Shown here piece after piece: positions 35,662 to 47,549 of a DNA stretch of 64,000 nt (the stretch's first letter is position 1; every line of letters starts with the position of its first letter). The DNA comes from Sphaerodactylus townsendi (Eukaryota). Under the pieces are notes generated by a model. It was not told the DNA's origin. It searched no databases and saw only the letters and a list, made by a program, of their open reading frames with translations. The stretch is from the NCBI RefSeq assembly GCF_021028975.2, contig NC_059425.1:16182001-16246000 (forward strand), read 5' to 3'. Position numbers and translations under genes: made by a program.

Positions 35662-36685
35662 GGGTTGCAAATAACTCACTGGTCTATGAAGGTGGGGAGG
35701 GGAGAGCAAGTTAACCGAACATTTCTGCATGGTAATTCAATACATAGATTCTGCTCTACTAATCTGGGATAACAGTGTAGTAACTGTAGTCATTATAGTA
35801 GCCATTGTACTAATGCAGCATAGCTATTCCCTTGCTAATCTTTTCCTGATGAGTTTGCAAGGTGATGGAGAGTATTAAAGCATTCTTTTAAAAACAAAAC
35901 TGTCAGTGAACTCTGTTTGCTCTAAGTTCCTTTCATCTTGGACAGTTTAATGCAGGGGTTACAGAGAAATTATATTAATTGCTTTTTAACGGTGCTTCAG
36001 AGTTGATTGGCCTTCTTATCTTGCTATATCGGATATAACTCTTATACCCTTGCTAATTGGCTCATTCTGCACTTGTTGATCATTTCATAGTTGGTGGAGA
36101 ACCAGTCACTAGTCTAGATCGTAATCATGGGATCATGACAGAACAGATTTTGAAAAGAAATATGACCAACCTTTTTCTATAAATACACAGTGATGTCATA
36201 ACCAAATCAGATTTCTCCGAAGTCTCAGAAGATGAGGTGAAGTTTCTGGGTATGTAACTTGGGCCTTTTGATAATGCCTGAACTACCGACTGAAAGCTGG
36301 TTTGCTTTTTAAAGAGGAAGAAGAGTTGGTTTTCATGCCCTGCTTTCCTCAATCTTCAAGGAGTCTCAAATCAGCTGACAAATTCTTTTCCCTTCCCTTC
36401 CTCGCAAGAGACACCTTGTGAGGTAGATGGGGCTGAGAGAGTTCTGAGAGAACTGTGACTGGCCCAAGGTCACTCAGCAGGCTTCATATGGAGGAGTGAG
36501 CAATCAAACCCAGTTCTCCAGATGAGAGTCCACAGCTCTTAACTACTCCCAACACGATGGCTACAAACTGTTATTCACTATATTGTGATTAAACAATGCT
36601 AGGAAGCTTGATCAATTTTAGCACTTATTTTTTCAGTAATTGTAAGGTTAATTTTCACAAGCTTTTATTTCTTACTGTCTTGCGT

Positions 36686-36691
36686 AATAAA
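36686..36691 (+). terminator. Candidate poly(A) signal conserved downstream of PTX-C, D, E and F
   Basis: AATAAA at the homologous position in all four duplicates (minus strand 43694-43699, 48900-48905, 59499-59504). Confidence 0.45.
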
Positions 36692-37198
36692 GAGAACACT
36701 ATCTTTTCTCAACACAAGTCTCTACAAGATTTCAGACTGGTTTGCTGGTTAGAGTTCAAAGAACTGTGCTCGCCCCTTACTTATTTGTATCATCACAGTT
36801 AGACTGAAAATCATCTTTTAATAGACAGAGGCTGGAGAATTCTGCTGCCAAACAGTTTGTATAAGGAGAACCTTTGGGGATTGTTCAGTCTGGATTCTCT
36901 GATTGGATGCGGGAGTGGAATCTCTCATTATGCCAATGCCCACCAATCACAGAGTGGGATGCTGGGGTTGCCCCTGGTTAACTGCATATGGATCGTATCA
37001 GCCAATCACAGCCAACCTCAGCACATCTCACACAGGTAGAGCAGTCTTCTAATGAAGCCCCAGGTGAAGCCACAGGAGGCCAGTTTTTCAAAGTGTGAGG
37101 CCTCTGGTTTTTAATTTAAACTGGGAAAGTGATCAAGACCTATATCAAAGCATGTATCCACAGAGGTATTGAAGGTCGACAGGTATATTTGTATATAA

Positions 37199-37737
37199 TC
37201 TATATATATAAAAATGGAGCCATGCGTTTGTTGCTTAGCGCTTAACCCCGCACCTGCTGGGCCAAACGCCCTGAAAATTTCACAGACACTTATTCATTCA
37301 CCCAACTGTGTTCTTACGTACCTCCCGCTGTCAGACAACACACCTGAGCCAGGTAAAACATCTTTTTCCTGGCGCACCAGGCCATGAAGCTGCCTGTGTG
37401 TAACTGTCACCCTTAGAATGTTCGTGCCCTTAGAATGTTCGCTCAGGTGGCCAGATATGAGCAGTGAAAACAGTACATAGGCAATAACTCAAGTGGAAAT
37501 GTAATACATGCACACACACACACACACACACGAGGGAGAGGGGAGGGAGGGAGGGGGAGGGGTGGCATGCAAAGGAAAAGAGGGAGGGAGAGGGAAGGGA
37601 CGGAGGGGGAGGCATGCAAGGGAGGGGAGGGGAGGTGGCCGGGGATGGTTCTTCTGGAGTGGAGGAAAATTGACCTGAGCAGAGAAACTGTCCTGAGGAG
37701 GGAGATTGCCACAGCAACGCATGGCCAGGTCCGCTAG
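37199..37737 (+). mobile_element. Non-autonomous Helitron
   Basis: A|TCtatatatata 5' end, GC-rich subterminal segment, CTAG|T 3' end, no TSD. Shares an internal module with the 47550-48735 Helitron. Confidence 0.75.
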
Positions 37738-38687
37738 TTTCAGCTAAATTCGCGTTTTGCAGACAAGAGCTAAAGCTGCTAACATATGATAGGTCAATTG
37801 GATCTGCTCAAGTCTCCACCTAGTGTTTGTCTATGATGCGTAGGAGTAGTTTGACACAAGACTTGCATCTAACATATTTGGTTTTTCACAGGTATTTACT
37901 ATTTCAGCCAAATTCGCGTTTTGCAATCCTGTGCTAAAACTGTTAACATATGATAGGCCAAAGGGATCTGTTCAAGTCTCCACCTAGTTGTATATAATTC
38001 TGTTTGCTGAGTAACAAGCAGAATCTAGCTTTGTGCACAACTTTAAAATAAGAACAGTTATCTTGTTAAAGACCAGCCTTTTAACCTCAGAAATCGTAAA
38101 CAAAAGACCTTTGCTTATAGTAAGAGAGAAATGGATTATATACATATAAGAATCACATGCATCAGTACATTCACAGTTCATCATTTGGTTACGATTTGGT
38201 TACCGTAACAAGCATCGCTTACAATATTTAACTTTCAGTCAGAGGCTTTTACGCAGAACACTCAACAACATCATTCCTCAGCAGAGACAGGGAGCTAACT
38301 GTTCCCAACTGTCACTTTTAGAATGTTTGTTGAGATCTCCCAGAATTCCGTGCTGCTGCATGCAAGGCTGTAAAATCCAACAGGTAGAGCATCCCAATCG
38401 CAAGATGCCATAGTCCCTCTGTACACGGCTCTGGTCTGGCTGTGTTCTGTTCCCCAAGTAAAACAATCTTTGATGCCCTGTACTTGGCCAGAACAGAGTG
38501 GGAGACTCTCAAGCAAGGTGTAACAGTTTTTTTTTTAAAAAAAGGTTTATTGCTTAGAAGAATTGAGGCCCTAACTCCTCCCAGGGTCTGACTAAGATAA
38601 GGTACTTGCTTGACTGGAACAACTTGAAGCTTGAGACTTTTATTCTTTCTTGACTTCTTCCAAGAAAGTCCACTTTGTCTGTGCTTC

Positions 38688-39549
38688 CAGGGGCGTAATG
38701 CCCATTGGGCAAGGTGGGCAGCTGCCCAGGGCACCACTTTGTGGGAGGGGGGGCATCAAAATGTAGGGTTCATTTTGGGATATTTTTAGTGGTTTTCCCT
38801 TTTTGGCCTGCAGGGGGTGCAGTTTTTAGGCTAGCGGCACCAAAATTTCAGCGTATCATCAGGAGACTGTCCTTATGCTATCCCCCCACGTTTGGTGAGG
38901 CTTGGTTCAAGGAGTCCAAAGTTATGGACTCCCAAAGGGGGTGCCCCCATCCCCCATTGTTTCTAATGGGAGCTAATAGGAGATGGGGGCTACAGTTTTG
39001 AGGGTCCATAACTTTGCCCCCCCTGAACCAAACTGCACCAAACCTGGGGGGGGGGTATCATTAGGGCAGTCTCCTGATGATACCATGAAAGTTTTGAGAC
39101 TGTGCCTTCAGAAATGTGCCCCCCCTGCAGCCTGCAACCCCCATTGACAGCAAGGCAGAAAACTCAATGCAGAACAAAGATTCTTGGGCAAATTTCTGGG
39201 ATGTTTCTGCAGGGGGTGCATTTTTGGATGTATCAGCACCAAAATTTCAGGATATCATCTGGAGACTGTCCTGATGGGACCCCCCAAGTTTGGTGCAGTT
39301 TTGGACCCTCAAAAGGGTAGTCCCCATCTCCTTAGCAAAGAATAAGGGATGGGACACCCCTTTTGAGGGTCCATAACTTTGGACCCCCTAAACCAAACTG
39401 CACCAAACTTGGGGGGTCCCATAAGGACAGTTTCCAGATTACCCTGAAATTTTGGTGCCAGTACATCCAAAAATGTGCCCCCTGCAGGAACATCCCAGAA
39501 ATTTGCCCAAGAATCTTTGTTCTGCATTGAGTTTTCTGTATTGCTGTCA
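38688..39549. mobile_element. hAT-like element (caggggcgtaat start) with a long internal inverted repeat
   Basis: 39145-39300 is the reverse complement of 39390-39549. Right end replaced by a CR1 tail. Confidence 0.6.
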
Positions 39550-39630
39550 TAAGAACATATGAACTAGCCTGCTGGATCAGACCAGAGTCCATCTAGTCCA
39601 GCACTCTGCTACTCACAGTGGCCCACCAGG

Positions 39631-39699
<69 letters not shown>

Positions 39700-39807
39700 C
39701 CACCTTCCAATGGGGCATTTTCTCTAGGTGAACTTATCTCTATTGCCTGGAGATCAGTAATGCCAGATGTGATAACTAGATGGGTGATAACCCAGATATG
39801 ACCTCAA

Positions 39808-41960
39808 AGAACATAAGAACATATGAAAGAGCCTGCTGGATCAGACCAGAGTCCATCTAGTCCAGGACTCTGCTACTCGCAGTGGCCCACCAGGTGCCTT
39901 TGGGAGCTCACATGCAGGATGTGAAAGCAATGGCCTGCTGCTGCTGCTGCTGCTGCTCCCGAGCACCTGGTCTGCTAAGGCATTTGCAATCTCAGATCAA
40001 GGAGGATCAAGATTGGTAGCCATAGATCGACTTCTCCTCCAGAAATCTGTCCAAGCCCCTTTTAAAGCTATCCAGGTTAGTGGCCATCACCATCTCCTGT
40101 GGCAGCATGTTCCAAACACCAATCACACGTTGTGTGAAGAAATGTTTCCTTTTATTAGTCCTAATTCTTCCCCCCACCATTTTCAATAAATGCCCCCTGG
40201 TACTAGTATTGTGAGAAAGAGATAAAAATTTCTCTCTGTCAACATTTTCTACCCCATGCATAATTTTATAGACTTCAATCATATCCCCCCTCAGCCGTCT
40301 CATCTCCAAACTAAAGAGTCCCAAACGCTGCAGCCTCTCCTCATAAGGAAGGTGCTCCAATCCTTCAATAATCCTCGTTGCCCTTCTCTGCACTTTTTCT
40401 ATCTCTTCGATATCTTTTTTGAGATGTGGCGACCAGAACTGAACACAGTATTCCAAGTGCAGTCGCTCCACGGCTTTATATAAGGGCATGACAATCCTTG
40501 CAGTTTTATTATCAACTCCTTTCCTAATGATCCCCAGCATAGAGTTTGCCTTTTTCACAGCTGCCATGCATTGAGTTGACATTCCCATGGAATTCCCATG
40601 GACACTTGTAGCGTGTATGTGAAGTTTGGATTTTTTGCCCCTATGTGCATCACTTTTCATTTTGCTACATAGAATAGAATAGAATAGAATAGAATAGAAT
40701 AGAATAGAATAGAATAGAATAGAATCTTTATTGGCCAAGTGTGATTGGACACACAAGGAATTTGTCTCCGGTGCATATGCTCTCAGTGTACATAAAAGAA
40801 AAATACATTTGTCAAGAATCATAAGGTACAGCACTTAATGATTGTCATATAGGTCTAGTAAGCAATCAGGAAACAATCAGTAGTAATGAAAACATAAAAT
40901 GTAAAATCATAAAATAAAATAAAATAAAATAAAATAAAATAAAATAAAATGTCAGCACAGGCTATAGTCATACAGTCATAAGTGGGAGGAGATGGGTAAT
41001 AGGAATGATGAAAAAAGTAGTGCAGTAATTATATAATAAGTATATAATAAATAGTTTAACATTATCGAGGGAATTATTTGTTTAACAGAGTGATGGCATT
41101 CGGGAAAAACTGTTCTTATGTCTAGTTGTCTTGGTGTGCAGTGCTCTGTAGCAACGTTTAGAGGGTAAGAGTTGAAACAGTTTATGTCCAGGATGCGAGG
41201 GGTCAGTAAATATTTTCACAGCCCTTTTTTTGACCCGTGCAGTATACAGGTCCTCAATGGAAGGCAGGTTAGCAGCAATTGTTTTTTCTGCAGTTCTGAT
41301 TATTCTCTGAAGTCTGTGTCGATCTTGTTGGGTTGCAGAACCAAACCACACAGTTATAGAGGTGCAGATGACAGACTCAATGATTCCTCTGTAGAACTGT
41401 ATCAGCAGCTCCTTGGGCAGTTTGAGCTTCCTGAGTTGGCGCAGAAAGAACATTCTTTGTTGTGCTTTTTTGATGACATTTTTGATATTAGGTGACCATT
41501 TTAGGTCATGAGATATGATGGAGCCTAGAAATTTAAAGGTCTCTACTATTGATACTGTGTTGTCTAGTATTGTGAGAGGAGGTAGGATGGGAGGGTTTCT
41601 CCTGAAATCTACCACCATTTCTACGGTTTTAAGTGTGTTCAGTTCTAGATTGTTCCAGTGGCACCACGAGGCTAGTTGTTCAACCTCCCGTCTGTATGCG
41701 GTTTCATCGTTGTCTCGAATGAGACCAATCACTGTTGTATCATCTGCAAATTTCAGTATTTTAACAGTATTTATTACAGACATTGAACTGCATTTGCCAT
41801 TTCTTAGCCCACTCACCTAATTTATCAAGGTCCGTTTGGAGCACTTCACAATCCTTTGCAGTTCTCACCACCCTACATAATTTGGTATCATCTGCAAATT
41901 TGGCCACCACGCTACCCACCCCTACTTCCAGGTCATTTATGAATAGGTTAACGAGCCCTG
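39808..41960 (-). mobile_element. CR1 LINE 3' portion interrupted by a Rex1/Babar insertion
   Basis: NLFINDL..KFADDTKL (41761-41979 ORF) continues as HLEYCVQFWSP..RRLRGDMIEVYK..YGYQS (40007-40670), then the 3' UTR. Confidence 0.93.
40671..41779 (-). mobile_element. Rex1/Babar-clade LINE 3' fragment
   Basis: KFADDTTVIGLI..NDETAYRREV..LELNTLKTVEMVVDFRR..KKAQQRMFFLRQL, (TTCTA)n tail at 40671-40725, apparent TSD ACAT (40667-40670, 41780-41783). Confidence 0.88.
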
Positions 41961-44752
41961 GGCAACACGTAGCAACCAATCAGATTGCTGGAAAATCGGC
42001 ATGGCTGCAAAGATTCCTGTCTTAGTGTCTTTGAAACTATGCATGCGTGGGATTTTTTTTAGTAACATTTTCTGTACAGATAGACGAAAACAACGCAAAT
42101 TATTTTCAGGAGCTTAACACGCTTGCAGAACGTTATGAAAGGCACCATGCGAAAAAAAAATATGAAAACTGGTCTTTTTAAAACGTCTGCAGAAAAGACC
42201 TTTGTGAGCTTTATTTTCCATCAAGTTCTTGTATTATGAGAGAAAATGTTTTCTCCACTCCATGAATAATTTTATGACTGATAAGCCCCAGACTCTTCAC
42301 CTGAGCCCCTATGAGGAACATGTATGAAAATCATTACCTTTTGTTACGTGACTGGACAATATATGTGGCAGCTCAGAAGACAGAAAACAGAAGAACATCT
42401 TCTGTGTGTGCTCCATTCTGTCCACATCTTTTCGGACATGAGGCTTCCACAACTGCACAGAACACTCCACGTGCGGCCAGAACAGAACAGTGTACAGTGG
42501 GACTATGACATCTTGTGATTTGAATGTTCTACCTCTGTGGATACAGGCTTTGATTCAGGTCTCGATAACTTTCCCAATTGAAATAAAATAACAGAGGCCT
42601 CACACTTTGAAAAGCTGGCATCCAGTGGGTTCACCTGGGGGTTTCATTAGAAGACTGTTCTACCTGTGTGAGATGTGCTGAGCAGTGGTTGGCTGCTAGG
42701 GTGGTCCATAAGCAGGGGGCATCCCCAGCATTCCACTCTGTGATTGGTGGGCATTGGTGTAATGAGAGATTCCAGTCCCGCATCCAATCAGAGGGATTCC
42801 AGTCCCACATCTCATTCCAGAATGAGGGATTCCAGTCCTGCATCTCTCTCTGGGAGATCTCAACAAACATTCTAAAAGTGACAGTTGGGGACAGTTAGCG
42901 CTCTGTCTCTGCTGAGGAATGATGTTGTTAAGAGTTCTGTGTAAAAGCCTCTGACCGAAAGGTAAATATTGTAAACGATGCCTGTTATGGTAACCAAATC
43001 GTAACCAAACGATGAACTGTGAATGTATTGGTGGATGTGACGCTTTGTTCTATGTATATAGTCTATTTCTCTCTCAGCATAAGTAAAGGTCTTTTGTTTA
43101 TGATTTCTGAGGTTAAAAGGCTGGTCTTTAACAAGATGTTCTTATTTTAAAGTGGTGCACAAAGCTAGATTCTGCTTGTTACTCAGCAAGCAGAATTATA
43201 TACAATTATATACAAATATACCTGTCGACCTCCAATACCTCTGTGGATACATGCTTTGATCTAGGTCTTGATCACTTTCCCAATTTAAATTAAAAACCAG
43301 AGGCCTCACACTTTGAAAAACTGGCCTCCTGGGGCTTCACCTGGGGCTTCATTAGAAGACTGCTCTACCTGTGTGAGATGTGCTGTGGTTGGCTGTGATT
43401 GGCTGATACAATCCATATGCAGTTGACCAGGGTCAACCCCAGCATCCCACTCTGTGATTGGTGGGCATTGGTGTAATGAGAGATTCCAGTCCCGCATCCA
43501 ATCAGAGAATCCATACTAAACAATTCCAAAAGGTTCAGTAGCAGATTTCTCCAGTATTTATCTATTAAAAGATGATTTTCTAAATTTGATAATACAAGTA
43601 AGGAGCGAGTTCAGTTCTTTGAATTCTAACGAGCAAACCAGCCTGAAATCTTGTAGAGACTTTTAACTTTTATTGTGGAGAGATATTGTTTACTTTATTA
43701 TACAAGACAGTAAAAAATACAAGTGTGTGCAAATCCCTACTGCTACTGGAAAAATAAGTGCTAAAATGATCAAGCTTCCTAGCATTGCTTAATCGTATTA
43801 TAATGAATAACAGTTTAGAGCCAGTGTGGTGTAGCGGTTAAGAACTACAACTCTAATCTGGAGAACCAGGTTTCTTTCCCAACTCCTACACATGAAGGCT
43901 GCTGGGTGACTTTGAGCTAAACACAGTTATCTCAGAACTCTATCAGCCCTGCCTACCTCACAAAGATACTGGTAGGTCTGTTGTGGGGAGAGGAAGGGAA
44001 GGAGTTTGTAAGCTGTTTTGAGATTCCTTAACGATTGAGAGTCAAGAAGGGTATAAAAACCAACTCTCCTTCCTCTTTAAAAAGCAAATCGGCTTTCAGC
44101 CTGTAGTTTAGGGGTCAGCAAAAAGCCCAAGTTACATATCCAGACATTTCACTTCTGAGACTTCCATCAAGAGAAATCTGGTTTGCTTATGAGGCCAGTG
44201 TGTATTTATAGAAAAAAAAATCAGTCTTATTTTTTCAACATCTGTTCTGTCACAATCACATGATTACTGTCTAGAGACGTGACTGGTTCTTCACCAACTA
44301 TGAAATGATCAACAAGTGAAAATGAGCTGATTAGCAAGTGTATACGAGTTACGTCTGATATAGCAAGATAAGAAGACCAATCTCGTCTTTGAAACTCCAT
44401 TGAAAATCTATCAATCTAATTTTTCTGCAACTAACTGTCCGAGATGATAGTAGCTAAGCAATTAACTATCCAAGATGAAAGTAACTTAGAGCAAACAGAG
44501 TTCACTGACAGTTTTGTTTTTAAAAGAATGGCTGAATACTCTCCAATAGCTTGTCAATTCAGCAGGAAAAAAGATTAGTGATGTAATACCTGAGCTACAT
44601 TAGTACGATGGCTACTATATGGACTACAGTTACTACATTGTTAGTCCAGATTAATAGAGCAGTATCTATGTGCTGAATTAGCATGCAGGAATGTTCAATT
44701 AACTTCCTCTCCACTCCCCTGACTTCCTAGACAAGTGAGTTATTTGCCACCC

Positions 44753-45384
44753 CTACCCAGCTCTTTGGGCAGACAGCAGGGCAGGCTTAACAAGGGCATA
44801 GCCTCTGATGCTGTAACTCAGTGATCTCCAGTTGATCAGGTAGTCAGGAAGAGGGTAGTTGTGAAAGGCAAGGACCACCTCGTCGGGGCACAGAACACGG
44901 TCCCACATATACAAGTCTGTGATCTCCCCTACAAAGCAATAGTCGATGTCAAAGCCCCCTCCAAAGTTATCCTGGTCTTGTCCAAGAACAATGGATCCTT
45001 CAGCCATGACGGAGTGACCTTTCTGCAAGCTCTTCCGGACCAAGGGCCTCCCGTTCACCCAGAGCTCAGCTAAGCCTGTGGCAGACTCCCAACTTACGCA
45101 AACGTGCTCCCCAACCGAGTTGCTGGTTAACATGTCGGGAACCTTGAACTCTACATAGTTACCCCCCAGCATATAAAGATGGTAGGCAATATTGTTTCTG
45201 TTGAGAACAATCTCGTTGTCATTCCTTTTGCTTGCGTAAGAGAAAAAGGTTTGGCGGTGCTTTATTTCTGTGAGGTATCTTAGGCACAGGGTGAAGCTCG
45301 ACAGGGGCTGCTGGATCGTGACGTTCAAGCGTGCATGGGCTGTGTCTGATGCCTCCGGGAAAACCAATGCCTTCCCTTCCAGAT
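44753..45384 (-). CDS. PTX-D exon 2, short pentraxin domain; spliced product 231 aa
   Basis: Acceptor ctccgcag|AT on the minus strand, HVCVSWES, DNE, GQDQDNFGGGFDIDYCFVG. Intact ORF. Confidence 0.95.
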
Positions 45385-45820
45385 CTGCGGAGGGAAAGAG
45401 AATCAGGGTTGGGCAAAACTGTCATTCTGCAAGAGAGGTTATGTCCCAGAGGGTCGGTCGTGAAAAACATCTGCTTGCTGATTGAGAATATCTGTTGATT
45501 CGGAAGGCAAATGGATCAATGATTCCCCTTCCCCCCAACAAAAGAGAGAGATTCTCTTCCAACCCACCTGTTGCCTAACTGGCCACATTCTTGAATCACT
45601 AGCCTGGCCCCCAGTTGCAAAGTCAGCCAAAGCAGTCATTTTCACAGTACAGAGTACATGCTGTTGGGTGGAGGAGAAGAATTAATCGCAACCATGAAAA
45701 TTGTGTGTGTGTGTGTTTGTGTGTGCTCATTCCCAGCAAGAAAAACATCTCCAAACAGAAACTCCAAACTGCATCACCTTGTTTAAGGAAAATGCTTTTG
45801 GTTTCAGAAGCTGTGTTGGC

Positions 45821-45888
45821 GATTGAGGGTTTTCCAGGATTGAGGGTTTTCCAGGATTGAGGGTTTTCCAGGATTGAGGGTTTTCCAG
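45821..45888. repeat. 4 x 17-bp tandem repeat GATTGAGGGTTTTCCAG in the PTX-D intron
   Basis: Four perfect copies. The paralogous introns have a single copy. Confidence 0.95.
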
Positions 45889-46325
45889 GCCTGGTCGTTT
45901 TTGCGACTAAGGTTGCACTGCATCTGGGGCTGGCATCCTCAGAGGCATGTCATAGTAAGATGTGCTTCTCTCTGTGGCATGGGGTGTCTGTTTTCTCCAC
46001 TTCACAATCACTCCACATCGTGCCACAGAGAGAATCTTATCTTCTCACGACACACCTCCGAAGATGCCAGCCATAGATGCAGGCATAATGTTAGGAGCAA
46101 ACACTACCAGACTACGGCCACATGGACCAGAAAGCTCTCAACAGCCAATTGATTCTGACTGTGAAAGCCTTTTCACAATTCATAACTGTATTAGTCTATG
46201 GTAGATCTTTTCTACGCTCATTCCCTTAGAATATTATTGGCACCTAATGTGCTACTGGGGTCAGATCTAGATGCTTCGGCTGAAGCATGTGGAGGATCTT
46301 GTCCCACTGTGTTGATGACACCCAC

Positions 46326-46389
46326 CTTCCAGAGCGAGAGAGCCCACGAGGCTGAGGAGGAGGAGGAGAGAGAGGAGCATCTTCCGCAT
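46326..46389 (-). CDS. PTX-D exon 1, signal peptide MRKMLLSLLLLLSLVGSLALE
   Basis: 64-bp phase-1 exon, donor G|gtgggt. Confidence 0.93.
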
Positions 46390-46669
46390 GATGGCCAGTC
46401 CCAGAGGGATCCAAGTAGAGATGGAGCAGCGCCCAAGGATTGCTCAACGTCTTGTCCCCTTCACAGGCTGATTCTGATGTGGGAGCTGAAGAGCCCTTCC
46501 AAAATATACCCGTGAACTGAGCAGGGTGAGGCAGGATGTTTATTCAATAAGGTCAATTTTAAAGAATATCCCAGATGGGATGTACCCTGGAGAGCAGCTG
46601 GCATCTGGCCGTTGGTTAGTAAAATTTCTTTGACAAAGAGATTCCGTGTAGCAGGGGTCATAAAAAATG

Positions 46670-46958
46670 ACCGAACATTTCTGCATGTTAATTCAATACG
46701 CAGATTCTGCTCTACTAATCTGCGTTAACAATGTAGCAACTATAGTCCATATTGTAGCCACTAATGTAGTGAACTATTACCTCGCTAATCTTTTCCTGCT
46801 GAGTTTGCAAGGTAATGAAAATTATTCAAGCATTCTTTTAAAAACAAAAGTGTCAGTGAACTCTGTTTGCTCTAAGTTCCTGTCATCTTGGACAGTTGAA
46901 TGCAGGGGTTACAGAAAAATTAGACTGATTGCTTTTTAATGGAGCTTCAGAGTTGAGA
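46670..46958 (+). pseudogene. Orphan pentraxin 3'-UTR fragment inverted into the PTX-D promoter
   Basis: Matches 35716-36006 (PTX-C 3' UTR) and the D, E and F UTRs. No coding exon attached. Confidence 0.85.
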
Positions 46959-47549
46959 AACATTTATTCCCCACTCCTCCTCCTGAGTGGCAGAGACTTA
47001 TATGGTGAACCAGGTGTGCATTCCTGCTGGGTGACCTCAGGTCAGTCACAGTTCTCTCAGAACTCTCTTAGCCCCACCTATCTCACAAGGTGTCTGTTGT
47101 AGGGAGAGGAGTTTGTAAGCCACCTTGAGTCTCCTTACAAGAGAGAAAAGTAGGGTATAAATCCAAATTCTTCTCTTCTTCTTCTATAGAGGGATATCTT
47201 ATGATCTACAGCATGACATCTTATGATTTGGATGTTCTACCTCTGTGGATACATGCTTTGATGCAGGTCTTGATCACTTTCCCAGTTTAAATTAAAAACC
47301 AAACAGAGGCCTCCCACTTTGAAAAACTGGCCTCCTGTGGCTTCACCTGGGGTTTCATTAGAAGACTGCTCTACCTGTGTGAGATGTGCTGAGCATTGGT
47401 TGGCTGCTACATTCCTATGCAGTTGACCATGGAGCCCCAGCATCCCACTCTGTGATTGGCGGGCATTGGCGTAATGAGAGATTCCAGTCCCACATCCAAT
47501 CAGAGAATCCAGACTAAACAATTCCAAAAGGTTCTCCTTATACAGACTA

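Noticed and set aside
44861-45073. Antisense ORFs conserved opposite each pentraxin exon 2
   Set aside because: Their conservation is a by-product of paralog identity on the sense strand.
45821-45888. Regular short direct repeats resembling a CRISPR array
   Set aside because: No spacers and a eukaryotic context. It is a simple minisatellite.
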